Shown here: positions 25,602 to 38,923 of the stretch, one piece after another
Numbering within the stretch: the stretch's first letter is position 1
How the letters are laid out: the number at the start of each line of letters is the position of its first letter
Origin: Chiloscyllium plagiosum
Taxonomy: Eukaryota
Length of the DNA: 54,712 bases
Direction of reading: 5' to 3'
Assembly (NCBI RefSeq): GCF_004010195.1
Contig: NC_057718.1
Coordinates: 11,093,307 to 11,148,018, forward strand
Translations under genes and position numbers: made by a program
The notes under the pieces: generated by a model
The model's database searches: none
Seen by the model: the letters and a program-made list of their open reading frames with translations, nothing else
Told to the model about the DNA's origin: nothing

Positions 25602-28600
25602 ATCTATTCTGTTAATACTGCAGTGCTCCACTAAGCAGACTTAACTTTGAAAACAAAGCACATTAGCATAAGTTAATTATTCTGCTGCTAGTTTTCAACT
25701 TTTGACAAATTTCCTTGAAAAGTGAATTTACGTGCAACATTTGTTGCAGACGTAATCTTTACAAATCTCTTGACCAATTTGAACACTGATGCTTTTTGTG
25801 CTGTATATCTTTAAATGTATTCCAAAACCTAGTTGCCTTATTAAGACCTTTCATGAACTAGATGCTTCAGGGCACAATGGAATGTTATTCCAAGTTCCTT
25901 TTGAGCAGTAATTCCCCTCAGAGTTGTATGGTTTTCATAGTGATGCGACTTGGTTATTCAAATACAACTGCTTCATTACCATATTTTGAAGGTATTTCCA
26001 TTTTTTCCAAGTAGATGGTCAACCCTGGATATTGCACAACCAGGGACTGAACTGAAGTACATCTTACTAAATCCTAAAGTACTGAACAAAGGCCACTCCT
26101 GCAGTTAAGGTCTGGATTTAGCTGAATTTTTTGAGTTCAGATTTGGAAGTACAGAGCTGGTATTGCTGAAAGAAAAGATATACTGTCAAAGCTTTTCATC
26201 TCTCACTCATCAGGACAAATACAAGAATGCCAAATTTCAGCTGGAAAAAATGATGCTGATTTGGTGTCAACTTGCAAACAATCAATATCTTTTTTACATT
26301 ATAAATTGTTTCCCTCTGTGAAATTTGGCAGTCTTGCATTTGTCCTGATTGAGTACACGATGGAGAGTCAGTTTTTTTCAGAAGTGTTCCTTTTATTATC
26401 GTTCAGATTGTATTGATTTGGTAAGCTTAAAAAAGACATTTTCCATCGCAGCAGAAGATGCATTTCTTTAGTATCCTGAGCTCCTTTGACAATTCTGTAG
26501 GTGTTTTGAGCTGGTTAGGTTGCTTGGTGCTTCAGGTCAGGACTGAGTGTGACTCTGGGTACCATCAAAAGAAAAGGCCACTCCACTTTCCCTTTCTCTT
26601 TCCCCCGCACCAACCAACCTTCTAGACTGCTTGAAGGAGCAATGTTGTCTTTCAGTTGACCTGTATGAGGATTATTTCCATGTACTGAATCATACACAGC
26701 AAAAGAGCATTTATGTGAATGATGTGTATCCAGCAATTTGAATATTTGCAAAATGAAGTGACATTATAGCAATGGGGTTTGCTTCCTATTTGAAATGAGT
26801 CATAAAGAATATAGTGGCTTATAGTTTTAAAAGAAGTCAGTATGACTTATACCCCTGTTAATTGTGCCTGCTTTATTTTTGCAAAAATCATAGTTTTAAA
26901 TTATACCCTTTTGTACATATTCCAGTGGCCGCTAATAACTGGGGAAAGCAAGAGGATCCAGTAGCAATTGAGATTTCTAAGGGTGAATCTTTTTAAACAC
27001 CGGATTTTTTTTTGTTTAAACTTATCCAATAAGTACAAGATTATAATTTAGAGAATGGAACATTGTTATGTAATCCAACTGATTCATCTTGCCAGTGTTA
27101 TTCTGTATTTTAAACTAGCTAAGCTTTTTAAACAACTGGTTGTTGATGGAGTATTGTCTTTTACCTCTGTTCAAATACAATCCTAGTTTATTTTTAAAAG
27201 CATTAATTGCTGCACAGAGACTGATTCTGACTTTTACTACTCGAATCATACAATTTACTTGTGCTATTATTTTTCAGTAAAATAAGGAAGCTATTTGTAC
27301 CACTATGTAAATCATCTGTCAAAGGTCTTTTCACTTGAAGATGCTGCTTTTTATATATTTGTTTAGTTGTATTTTTACTGCAGTTTGAAACTTTGAATAA
27401 TATTTATGTAATATCTTAGGTATTAAATAAGAACTTGTTTTATATTTTGCCAAGCGGGCTTGGTCCATGCTGAATCCCAACAAAGGCTAACGGGAGACCT
27501 TTGAGAAGCTCAGCATCAGAGTATGTGTATAGCCCATTTTGTTTCCCCTCTTCTAAACATAACTTTGATATGAAAGCTCTTTTTGAAAAAAAAGTAAATC
27601 ATGATATCAATTGCAAAGAATTCCATTGAACAGTTTAATCTAAAAATGAACCATTAAATGAGTCTTGATCATTCATTATTACCATTGTTTAATGTGGGTA
27701 AAAATTGAAATCTCTTTCTTTTATTTAGTGCAGCCGGTCAGCGATAGGAATGTGAGAACTAGGATGTATCATTCTGTCCCTCAATCCTTTTCCATTAGTT
27801 AAGGAGATCACGTCATGGAGTAAGTAGGTGGTGGCATGGTAATGTCACTGGGCTAATAATCCAGAACCCCAGGATAACATCTGGGGACAAGGATTCAGAT
27901 CTCTCCTTGGCAGTTGATAAAATTTGAATGCATTGAACGTCTGGTGAAATACTCACCAGTTAAAAATCTACATGGTTCACTAACATCCTTTACGAAGATA
28001 AATCTGCCATCTATACTGAGTGTGGCCGACATGCCACTCCAGAGCTACAGCAATGGGGTTAACTCTTAACTGCCCTTTGAACAGTTAGGAATGGGCAGTA
28101 AATGGCTGTACGAGTGACACCCAATTCAAATATACACTTCCTTTTAGATAAATGGGTGTTTCCTATGCTCCTGAATCACTTTGATCAAATTTTAAGATTA
28201 AATGGGTAAACAGCGGTTACTATAATGTTAATTATCTCAATGTGTAGTATGAACTGCACTAAATGATTGGTACTGTCCATTTATTTTCCCTAAATAAGGA
28301 ACAAAATGTTAAAGTTTATTTTGAACCAAAAGTGATACTTTTATCATTGAATACTGTTTGTTTTATTAAATCCGTGTAGGCCTCAGTAGTTATGACAAGT
28401 ATTAGTAGGGTGAAAACCATGGGCTTGGCTGTCAAGCCTTTTTAGTTTGACTAAAACTTGCCTCATGAACTCATGTATACAATATTCTCAGGCAGCTAGT
28501 CTCCATGGAACCTATTTGTCAGGAATATTCTGTGCCCACAAGAACAAATGAAGATGCTATTACCTAGCTCTAGTATTCTTATCTAATAAGATGAGATCAA

Positions 28601-30220
28601 ACTGGAATTCTGCACCTTAGAAATTATCTTGCTGTTCACAAGAACTTTGGCAACAAAATTAATGTAAGAACTTGGGCCATTCTTAATGAAAGATAACTAT
28701 AAAGTCTGATTATTGCCCTATTAAATGAATTATGTTTGAAGAATGTAATCAGTTTTCGACAGAGAACTGTAAGGATCACCTCAATACAATTTTTTAAACT
28801 AAGTTATGACTGGAAATGAGCTTATGTATTTGGATTTTTTAAAATCTAGTAAATGTTTACAATGGTTTGACTGGAAAACAAGGCAGTCTGATGCTGCCAG
28901 TGATACTATAGTATAAAACACCTCAGCTCACAATTGTGGCTTTCCTATTTTGAAATGAAACATTTTTGAATGACTAATTTTTAAAGAAGTTTTAACCACA
29001 GCCTTTTCACTCCCCATTTCATTGTCACCAACCTTCTGGGCCAGATCCTTTAAAGTCAACACACAAAGACAATGCAGACTTAAGCTAGGGAATGTGGATT
29101 GAACAATCTTTCCACTGCATGGCCCATTGATCCCATATCAAATAACTGAACTGTTTATGATTCTCTCATGTCATCATTACTGCAGAACAAAGTATCATTG
29201 TTGTTACTTCCACGAACGTCCTTCTCCAGCCTACCTTTGTTTGTAGGATCAGGTTATGGTTGAAGGGGTAAATGAGACCTTTCTATTTGTCACTGAACTT
29301 CCCTTTCTCTGTTTTCCCCACAGCCCTTAATTTAAAATAAATTAGTGCTTAAATACAAAAATACAGTATTAACCTTAAGTTGTTTTTATTGGGAAAGAAA
29401 TTCTGACTGTTCTGGGTGTTACCCCTCCCTGATGCTGGGCTGGTGTTTTGAAAGGTTGATATATGACTACGTTGTTTCTGTGCCTTAAATTCTATTTTGA
29501 TTAATTACAGTGAGTTGCAACCAAAAACTCACTGATTTTGATTGAAAAGGATGCTGTATTGGATGAAGCTTTGTTTAATGCATGTTACCACTCTAGGTAA
29601 TGGACCAAATGGTACAATGTACTATTCTATTGAAGGACTCTATATTCTGCTGCCATCTTACTGTGCATACCCTGATTGACTTACGCTAAGAGTCAATCTG
29701 CACATTCTAACAAAAGAATTACCAGCTGTAAAGTATTTGGGTTTAATAGCCCATTACATTTGTATTGCAAGTCAACTTACTTTTTGGGTTTCTGCAATAC
29801 ACTACATACATCCACCTCTGGTCAAGGTGCCCATGTGTATTTTTTTCTTAAAGGAAAAGATATTTAAATAACAAGTATTCCTTTGTTATGTGGATCATGT
29901 AAACTGAATTATTGGCACAGATGGTATGGATGAAATTGGACAGTATGCTCTGCTTGTCAGTTTTACTTGTATCACGGGTGCTGTTTGGAATAGAGTGTTA
30001 ACACTGTTACAGTACAAATTAATGGGGATGTGTATACTACTGAATATTTTTCTTTAGCTATAAATTGTTTTTTGTATTTTACGTCATAGTTGGCACCCAT
30101 GCTACTGTTGAGGAAGAAAAATCACTGCATCACTTTCTGCAAAGAGGTTATTTGTGAGAGATAATTGTGCTCTACAGAATTTTGGCATGTTTTGACCAAT
30201 GCAAGAAGCACATCAATTTT

Positions 30221-30226
30221 AATAAA
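30221..30226 (+). terminator. Likely MAP3K21 distal polyadenylation signal (AATAAA)
   Basis: AATAAA followed by a GT/T-rich tract (ttgttcagtgttttatt), at the end of a repeat-poor AT-rich stretch just before LINE-dense sequence begins. Confidence 0.5.
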
Positions 30227-30689
30227 ACCAGTTTTTCAGTAACTTGTTCAGTGTTTTATTCCAATTACTTGTTTTCTGCTGAGGGTAAGACTGTGAAATT
30301 TTACTCTTGATTGAGATGAAAAGTGTTTTAATCTAGGATGGGTGAATGGTCTGGTTGATTGCTTTAATTCTTTCCCCTTGTCTTTCAAAAAAAAAGTTCA
30401 GTATTTTCTTCCTGGCCAGGATAAAATTTAAGTATTAGTTTCTGTAATTAGATGGTCACTTGCACCCAGGTGATCAGCTTAAGTTGTGGATTCAAGTTCA
30501 ACTTGAAAATTGAATAGGTGATCTTGATTGACATTTCTGAGCTGGAGAAGGTGTGGTCTTGATTGACATAAGAACCTACCGGTTTATGTAAGGCTCATGA
30601 TTTTAGATTTTCTGCTATCCCTTTGATTCCATAAGCTGGCAAAATATTTCTCATTTGAAAATTTTGTAAATAGTAGCAGAGATAATCCA

Positions 30690-32215
30690 GGTGATTATAG
30701 ACCGGTGACCCTGACATCAGGGGTAGGGAAGCTGCTGGAGAAGATCTATTCCCATTTGGAAGAAAATGGGCTCGTCAGTGACAGGCAACATGGTTTTGTG
30801 CAGGGAAGGTCATGTCTTACCAACTTAATAGAATTCTTTGAGGAAGTGACAAAGTTGATTGAGAGAAGGGCTGTAGATGTCATATACATGGACTTCAGTA
30901 AGGTGTTTGATAAGGTTCCCACGGTAGACTAATGGAGAAGGTGAAGTCGCATGGGGTCCAGGGTGTTCTAGCTCATGGATAGAAAACTGGCTGGGCAACA
31001 GGTAATAGTAGTAGTGGATGGGAGTTTCTCAAAATGGAGACCTGTGACCAGTGGTGTTCCATAGGGATCTGTGCTGGGACCACTTGTTTGTGATATATAT
31101 AAGTGATTTGAAAAAGGTATAGGTGGTCTGATTAGCAAGTTTGCAGATGACACTAAGATTGATGGAGCAACAGCTACTGAAGGGGACAATGCAGCAGAAT
31201 ATAGATAGATTGGAGACTTGGGCAGAGAAATGGCAGATGGAGTTCAATCCAGGACAATGCAAGGTGATGCATTTTGGAAGATCCAATTCAAGAGCGAACT
31301 ATACAGTAAATGGAAAAGCCAGCAGAGGTGGTAGAGGCAGGCACGATAGCTAGACAGGTACATGAATGGGCAAGGAGCAAAGGGATACAGATCCTTAGAT
31401 AATAGGCAATAGGTTTAGATCGAGGATCTGTCTTGGCGCAGGCTTGGGAGGGCCAAAGGGCCTGTTCCTGCGCTGTAATTTTCTTTGTTCTTTTATAAGC
31501 TGGAGCTTACAGAATGGAAGGACTCAATGGTCAACCTCCTAAATAAAAACTCACTTTTAGGTAAAAGCATAGATAAGGTGGTTACAAAGGCATTTGGCAC
31601 ACCTGCCTTCATTGTTCAGATGTTTGAATATAGAAGTTGGGATGTCATGTGAAGGATGTTCAGGATATTGGGGAGGCCTCTTCTGAAGTACTGTATCCAG
31701 TTTTGGTAATAGGAAGGTGGTATTAAACTGGAGAGGGGTCCAGAAGAGATTTACCAGGACTGGAGGGTTTGAATTTTGAGGAGAGTTTGGGACTTTATTC
31801 ACTGGAGCATTGAGATGTAACTTTCGAGGCTTATAAAATCATAAAGTGTGTAGATAAATTGAATGGCAGGTGTATTTTCCCAAAGTTGGGGAATTTCATG
31901 ACTAGAGTACATTTTAAGTGGAGTTTTTTTAAAAAGGTTTTAGTTTCCAAAAACAAAGTTTTTTTTATGTGGGATTAACTTAGAATATTATTTCAAGGAC
32001 ATTTAGACAAGTACATGGATAAATAATGTTTGGAGGAATATGGGGTAGACCTCCTTATGGTACATGGGTAGTGTCTCTCCTCCTTGTCAGGGGGAAATCT
32101 GGGTTCTAGTCCCACCTACTCCAGCACTCTAATGACATCTCCAAGTACAGGCATATGGGATTATAGTTGGCATGGATTGGTTAGACCAAAAGATCTGTTT
32201 CCATACTGTATGACT
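30690..32215 (+). mobile_element. Cluster of degraded CR1 LINE fragments
   Basis: ORFs with LTSGVGKLLEKI, QHGFVQGRSCLTNLIEFFEEVT, DVIYMDFSK.FDKVP and WAEKWQMEFN. Confidence 0.85.
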
Positions 32216-32764
32216 GAAGTTTTGGTGCCTTCTTCAAGGCTAGGATTTTTGAGAAATTTTAAGCAGAACAATGTTTAGTATGTGCAATTTGTGACTAGGT
32301 TAAGGATGCAGCTTTATCTCCACAATCAGCATTCTTCATACAACCACTAACTGAAGTTTTTGGGTCATCCAATAGTTGATTCTTTGCAGATTGGAGGCCA
32401 GGCTTAAGGGAAAAGTAACCATCTTCCCCAAAGCCCTTTCATCTGTCAATTTAATATTGGCAGGATATGCTGCAGCCTGTTTAACACATTATTCAAAAAG
32501 TACATTTAAGATAGTTTCTCATTCAATCCAACTAGACCCCAGGACTGAAGGAACAATGCAATATCTTCTGTATGTTACTTGTTCCTTTGCAAGTTCTCTA
32601 AATCAAATCATCTTTACTTGGAGTGGAGTGGTGGGTGCGCACACAAGAGATGATGGCCTAGTGTATTAGCTCTAGCCTGTTAATCCAGGCAACCAGATAA
32701 TGAGTTAGGACCCCTGATTCAAATCCTGCCCAAGCAGATAGTAGAATTTGAATTCAAAGAAAAA

Positions 32765-33300
32765 CATAACAGCACAGGAACAGGCCCCTTGGTCCTCCAA
32801 GATTGTGCCATTTCAGATCCTCTAAACCTGTTGCCTATTTAAGGGTCTGTATCCCTTTGCTCCCTGCCCATTCACATCGGTCTAGATAGATCTTAAATGA
32901 TGCTATCGTACCTGCCTCTACACAGTGGTGGGTACCTGGAACATCCTGCCCATGGAGATAAAGAACTTTTCCCCTCACTTTGAACTGATAACCCTTTGTA
33001 ATAGAGTCCCCTGCTCTGCGAAAAAAGCTTCTTGCTATCCACCATCTGTACCTCATGATTTTGTAGGCCTCAAATCAGGTCTCCACCCCCAACCTCCATC
33101 TTCCCAATGAAAATAATCTTCATCTACTCAACCTCTCCTCAATGCCCTCCATACTAGATAATGTCCTCTGCACCCTCTCCAAAGTATCCACATCCTCTTG
33201 GTAATGTGGTAACCAGAACTGTAGACAATTCAAATGTGGCCAAACCAAACTCTTATACAATTGTAAGATGACCTCCCAATTCTTGTACTCAATACCCTAT
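32765..33300 (-). mobile_element. CR1 LINE 3' fragment
   Basis: Minus ORF with VEAGTIASFK.YLDR; tail similar to the + copy at ~31320-31490. Confidence 0.75.
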
Positions 33301-34145
33301 CTGATGAATTCAATACAAGTCTGGAATTTAGAATCCACTGACCACAAATCCATTGAAAAAAATTCATCTGGTTCACTAATTTCCTTTAATGAGCAAAGCT
33401 ACCATCCTTACTTGGTCCACCATATGTCACTTTCTACCCATGGCAATGTAGTTGACTCCTAACTGCCTACTGGACAATACATGCTGCCTATATAGGCATG
33501 CAGTGGACTAGTTTGTGCATATGGCTCATCACATTTCCAAAAAATGTTATTGTGCAGTAACAACAGGTCCCCTGAATGACGTGAGGCAGCTCTATATTGC
33601 TGCCTCAGCCCTAGGGTCTCTGTGCAAACTCCAGTCACCTCCTACAGTCTAAAGATGCACAGGTGGGGGGGGAAGAAAGGAGAAAGAGTGGAATTAGGTG
33701 GGATGCTTGAGGTTGGTGCAAACTTGATGGGCTGAATGGCCTCATTTTACACTGTAGTGTTTCAACAAAAACAAAAAAAGTTATTGTTTGTAACTTCATA
33801 CCGAGGGGTCCCTACATTAGGATTGCAACCCTTTGACTGCTGCATTGTTATTTTCTCTACTTGTAGTTTATAAAAAGTCATGACTACTACCTTCCACCCA
33901 GAAAAAAAATGTCTATATCTATCCACGCTGTTAGTACCATTTAAGTTGGCATAATTTAAGTTAGTGTTTGAAATCTGGAATAATAGTAACAAAACAAGTT
34001 ACAAAAAGAATTTATGATCAAAAATGGACTTACAAACAATGAATCAATTTGTGAATATACATTCCATTTGATTTGTGGAGTCACCAGTACAATTAGGATA
34101 TGTCATTCCAACATGAGAGTTAGCAATGAGGGAGGTGGTACAAAT

Positions 34146-34151
34146 TTTATT
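34146..34151 (-). terminator. Candidate polyadenylation signal of the LC3C-like gene
   Basis: AATAAA on the minus strand ~500 nt downstream of the stop codon. Confidence 0.35.
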
Positions 34152-34653
34152 TCAGTATTTTAAACTAAGGTGTATGTTACTAATGTCAAGTCAGACTACA
34201 GCATGTTACTAAACAGTAGAGAGTCTCCACTACCTTCTCCAGAAGGAAAACAAGACTGAAGGGCAGAGTGGTTGCCCTATAGAATGCTTCAAGACGATCT
34301 CAGTTTCTTACTGGAAAGAGAGTTAACATAAGCTACATGTTAGGCTATCAGTGGGAAGGGGAGGTGTAGTGAAGCAGCAAGTTGGAAATAGTCATATCAG
34401 TCTGGCCATGGAGGGAGTCTTGTGTCCACCAAGTCACCTCTAGCCTGCAGGAATGGACCATCTGTTTAAAAGGTATTTTTGCTCAATATTGGCTGTTCAT
34501 ATTGTTTATGAATTTCAGAGTGCTCTTTCACCTTAAATTTAGTTAATAAGAAAAAAAAGTGGTGAATTAAGTGCAAGAGTCAACTTATCTAGTTAAAATG
34601 ATTTTCCCTTCAAAAAAGAAAGGTCAGGAATCAATTTATATTGTGCATCACCT

Positions 34654-34903
34654 TCAAGAATCACGGTAGTACAGACAAAACCACACCACCAATACAGACA
34701 GCAGGACTTTTAGGTTCCAAAGTTCATTAGCTCTTGGCCAAATTGCACCAAACATTTCCTGGGATGCATAGGAGATGTACAAGAAACCATCAGAATCCAT
34801 GTATTCTTGGTCCAGTTCAGCAATGGTGGCATACATATTGGAGAGACTCTTATTCTTCACCACCAGGTAAAATGCTTGATTAGGTGTTAGAGCTAGCCGG
34901 TTC
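34654..34903 (-). CDS. MAP1LC3C: MAP1LC3C-like exon 4: RNRLALTPNQAFYLVVKNKSLSNMYATIAELDQEYMDSDGFLYISYASQEMFG plus a 30-aa tail
   Basis: Acceptor ctttccttag|; ATG8 C-terminal motif D.DGFLY..YASQE.FG; NKSL is LC3C-type; TGA at 34656-34654. Orthologue versus paralogue of MAP1LC3C is unresolved. Confidence 0.9.
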
Positions 34904-35514
34904 CTAAGGAAAGACATGCTTGTTTTTAAAAAAAAAAAAATCCATGTACAGCAGTGGGATGCAGACTATAGACCCTCAATAGCCCAGGAGACCAACTACC
35001 TTGTAGACTTTATTACAAAATGGTAGATTAAAGCCAGGAGACTACACAGACTGGTGAACCTAATAAGAGTTAGGGTTAAGTTGTTTGAGGGAATTAGGAG
35101 ATCACCATACTAACAATTTTGGTGTGACAGTGAAGGATATCTAAGTACAACTGGAAGGAATGGCAGATTGCATTTAATGCCGATAAGTGGAAGGTGTTGC
35201 ATTTTGGTAATGTAAATCAGGGCAAGATTTATTTTCTTAACAGTAGGACCCTGGGTATTGGTGTTGTCAAACAAAGACTGAATGGTGCCAGTACACAGTT
35301 CCTGGAGTGTGGTGTTCCAGGTAGTCAGGGTGGTGAAGGCAAGTGTACCGGATTCCTCCATCAATCAGGGATCAGTATAAGAGTTGGAACAGCATGTTAC
35401 AGTTATACAAGACATTGCTAAGACCACATGGAGTACTGTACATAACTAAATGCCAAATTATAGGAAGGGTGCTAAAAAAGGTGTAAAAAAGTTTTACAAG
35501 CCAGTTGCTGAGGA

Positions 35515-36645
35515 GACAATAAATGCAGGAGTAGGCCATTCTGCCCTTTGAGCCAGCACCACCATTCATTATGATCATGGCTGATCATCCTCAATCAGTA
35601 TCCTGTTCCTGCCTTATCCCCATAACCCTTGATTCCACTATCTTTAAGAGCTCTATCCATCTTTCTTGAAAGTATCCAGAGACTTGGCCTCCACAGCCTT
35701 CTGGGGCAGAGCATTCCATACACCCACCACTCTGGTGGAAGAAGTTTCTCCTCAACTCTGTTCTAAGTGGCCTACCCCTTATTTTTAATCTGTCCTCTGG
35801 TTCAGGTCTCACCCATCAGCAGAAACATGGTTCCTGCCTCCAGCGTGTCCAATCCTTTAATAATCTTACACATCTCAATCAGATCCTCAGCCTTCTAAAC
35901 TCAAGCGTATACAAGCCCAGTCGCTCCAATCTTTCAACGTAAGATAGTCCTGCCATTCCAGGAATTGACCTTGTGAACCTACGCTGCACTCCTTCAATAG
36001 CCAGAATGTCCTTCCTCAAATGGAGAGGAAAACGGCACACAATATTCTAGGTGCGATCTTACCTATACAGCTGCAGAAGGATCTCTTTGCTTTTATACTC
36101 AATTCCTCTTAAGGCCAGCATGCCATTAGCTTTCTTCACTGCCTGCTTGCTTTCATTGACTGATGTACAAGAACTAAGAAAGTGAGGACTGCAGATGCTG
36201 GAGATCAGAGCTGAAAAATGTGTTGCTGGAAAAGCACAGCAAGTCAGGCAGCATCCAAGGAGCAGGAGAATTGAAGTTTCAGGCATAAGCCCTTCGTCAG
36301 CGTTCTACAAGACCTAGATCTTCTTGTACTGCCCCTTTACCTAACTTGACTCCATTTAGATAGTAATCTGCCTTTCTGTTCTTGCCACCAAAATGGATAA
36401 CCACACATTTATCCAAATTAAACTGCATCTGCCATGCATCTGTCCACTCACCTAACCTGTCCAGGTCATCCTGTATTCTAACATCCTCCTCACATTTCAC
36501 CCTGCCACACAGCTTTGTCTCATCAGCAAATATTACTTTTAATACCTTCATCTATATCATTAATGTAGATTGTAAAAAGCTGTAGTCCCAGCACTGATAC
36601 CTGTGGCACACCACTGGTCACCGCCTGCCATTCCGTAAGGGAGCA
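35515..36645 (-). mobile_element. CR1 LINE 3' fragment with a nested ~130-bp PLE end fragment (~36173-36305, tacaaga direct repeats)
   Basis: Minus ORFs: FADETKL, QDDLDRLGEW...WQMQFNLDKC, KKANGMLA, LRTELRRNFF. Confidence 0.82.
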
Positions 36646-37119
36646 GTTTACTCACCTTGGGAGGTTTGAAGTATCATGAGGCGCAGCAAAGATAATAGCC
36701 AAGATCTTTGCCCTCAGGTTTTGAGCTCTCCTAGCCAGTTCATAGGTTTAATAAGGGAACAACATTTTCAAACGTGGTGCATGGATGGGATGAGCTGCCA
36801 GAGGAAAGTACAGTTACAGGAAAAAAAGCCACTTGGACAGGTAAATTGATAAGGTTTGAGGGATATGGGTCAAATGCAAATGAGACATTGAGTTTAGGAA
36901 ACCTGATCAGCATGGACATTGGATGGAAGGGTCTGTTTCATACTGATTTCTCTAGAAATCAGTCACAGTAGCACGTTCTACAGACAGAGCACACTAAGGT
37001 TAGTCTCTGGGGTTCATGTGAAAATTTTAAAGGTTCCCACTAGAGTAAAACATCTCAAAAAAAAAAAGCACAAATGCCTAGTTCAACCCTTTGTAAATCT
37101 CAAGGTCAGAGCGAGAGCT

Positions 37120-38690
37120 AAAACAGACCCTTCAGTGCAAATCATCCATGCTGACAAGATATGGGAACATAGTCCCATTTGCCAGCATTTGGCCCATATC
37201 CCTCTAAACCCTGCCATTCATATACCCATCCAGATGCCTTTGTTGCAATTGTACCAGCCACCACCACTTCCTCTGGCAGCTCATTCAATATATGCACCAC
37301 TCTCTGCATGAGAAAGTTATCCCTTAGAGAGATCCCTTTCAAGTCTTTTCCCCCTCACTCAAAGAGTGTATGCCCTCTAGTTCTGGACTCCTCGCCCCAG
37401 GGAAGTGACCTTTCACATTTATCCCATCCATGCCCCTCATGATTTTAAACTTCTATCAAGGTCACCCCTCAGCCACCAATGCTCTTGGGAAAACAGTCCC
37501 AGCCTTTTCAGGCTCTCCCTGTAGCACAAATCCTTCAACCCTGGCAACATCCCAAAATCTTGAGCCCTTTCAAATTCCACAGCATCAGCAAGAGCAAGAG
37601 TGTGACCAGAATTGGACACAATATTCCAAGAGTGGTTTACCATTGTCCAATACAGCCACAACATGGCCTCCCAACTCCTATACTCCATGCTCTGTCAATG
37701 AAAGGAAAGCATACCAAACACCTTCTCCACTATCCTATCTAGTTGTGACTCCACTTCCAAGAAACTTGGAACCTGCACTCCAAGGTTCTTGTTCAGCAAC
37801 ACTCCCCAGGACCTTCCCATTAAGTGTCCAAGTCCTGGTCTGATTTGCCCTTCTAAAATGCAGTACCTCACATTTATCCAAATTAAATTCCATCTGCCAC
37901 TCCTCAGCCCATTCACCAATCTGATTAAGATCCCATTGTACTGAGCTAACCTTCACTGTCCACTACACCTCCAATTTGTAGGATCCACCAACTTACTAAC
38001 TATATCTTCTAGGTTCATAATCATTTATAAAATGAAAATTAGTGGACCCAGTACTGATCCTTGTGGCAGTCCACTGGTAATTGGCCTCCAGACTGAAAGA
38101 ACCCTCCACCACCCTGTCTACCTTCAAGACAGTCCAGCATCCAAATGGCTAGTTCTCCCTGTATTCCATGAGCTCTAACCTTGCTAACCAGTCTCCCATG
38201 GGGAACCTTACTGTCAAACACCTTACTGAAGTCCATAAAGATAATGTCCACTACTCTGCCTTCAATCCTCAGTTACTTCTGCAAGAGAAAAAACCTCAAG
38301 TTTAAGACACATTTCCTACACAAAGCTATGCTGACTATCCCTAATCAGTCCTTGCCTTTCCAAAGGCATCGAAGTACTGTTCATCAGGGATCTCTCTTTT
38401 TTCTCCTCCTCTCTCTCTTTCCCCCCCCCCCCCCCCAAAAAAAAACACAACTTGCCCACCAGTGCATAGTTCCCTGGCTTTTCCTTACCACCTTTCTAGG
38501 TGGCACCATGTTAGCCAACCTCCAGTCTTCTGGCACCTTCACCAATGACTATCGATGATACAAGTATCTCAGCAAGGGCCCCAGCAATCACTTTGAGCTT
38601 CCCACAATTGATCAGGTCCTGGGAGGTTTTTCCCACTTTCGAGTTTTAAGACATCCAGCACCACCTCAATAATATTGAGATTTTTCAATA
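37120..38690 (-). mobile_element. Degraded CR1 LINE (RT region plus 3' end)
   Basis: Minus ORFs: DIIFMDFSKVFD.KVPHGRL, WAEEWQMEFNLDKCEVLHF, QRVVHILNELPEEVV. Confidence 0.85.
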
Positions 38691-38695
38691 TGTCA

Positions 38696-38923
38696 CTATT
38701 TCTGTGCCAGTGGCTCAGTGGTTAGCATTGCTGTCTCAACATCAGGGACCAGGTTTGATTTCACCCTCTGGCGACTGATTGGAAAGTCAGCACGTTTTCC
38801 CAGCATGCGTTTCCTCCTGCAGTCTAAACCTCTAAAGTCGGTCGCCAGAGGGTGGAATCAAATCTGGTCCCTGGTGTCGAGACAGCAATGCTAACCATTG
38901 AGCCACTGTTGGTACAGAAATAG
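38696..38923. repeat. Local ~80-bp inverted duplication (SINE 5' end plus adjacent flank)
   Basis: ctatttctgtgccagtggctcagtggttagcattgctgtctc...ctctggcgac (38696-38775) versus gtcgccagag...gagccactgttggtacagaaatag (38841-38923). Confidence 0.8.
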
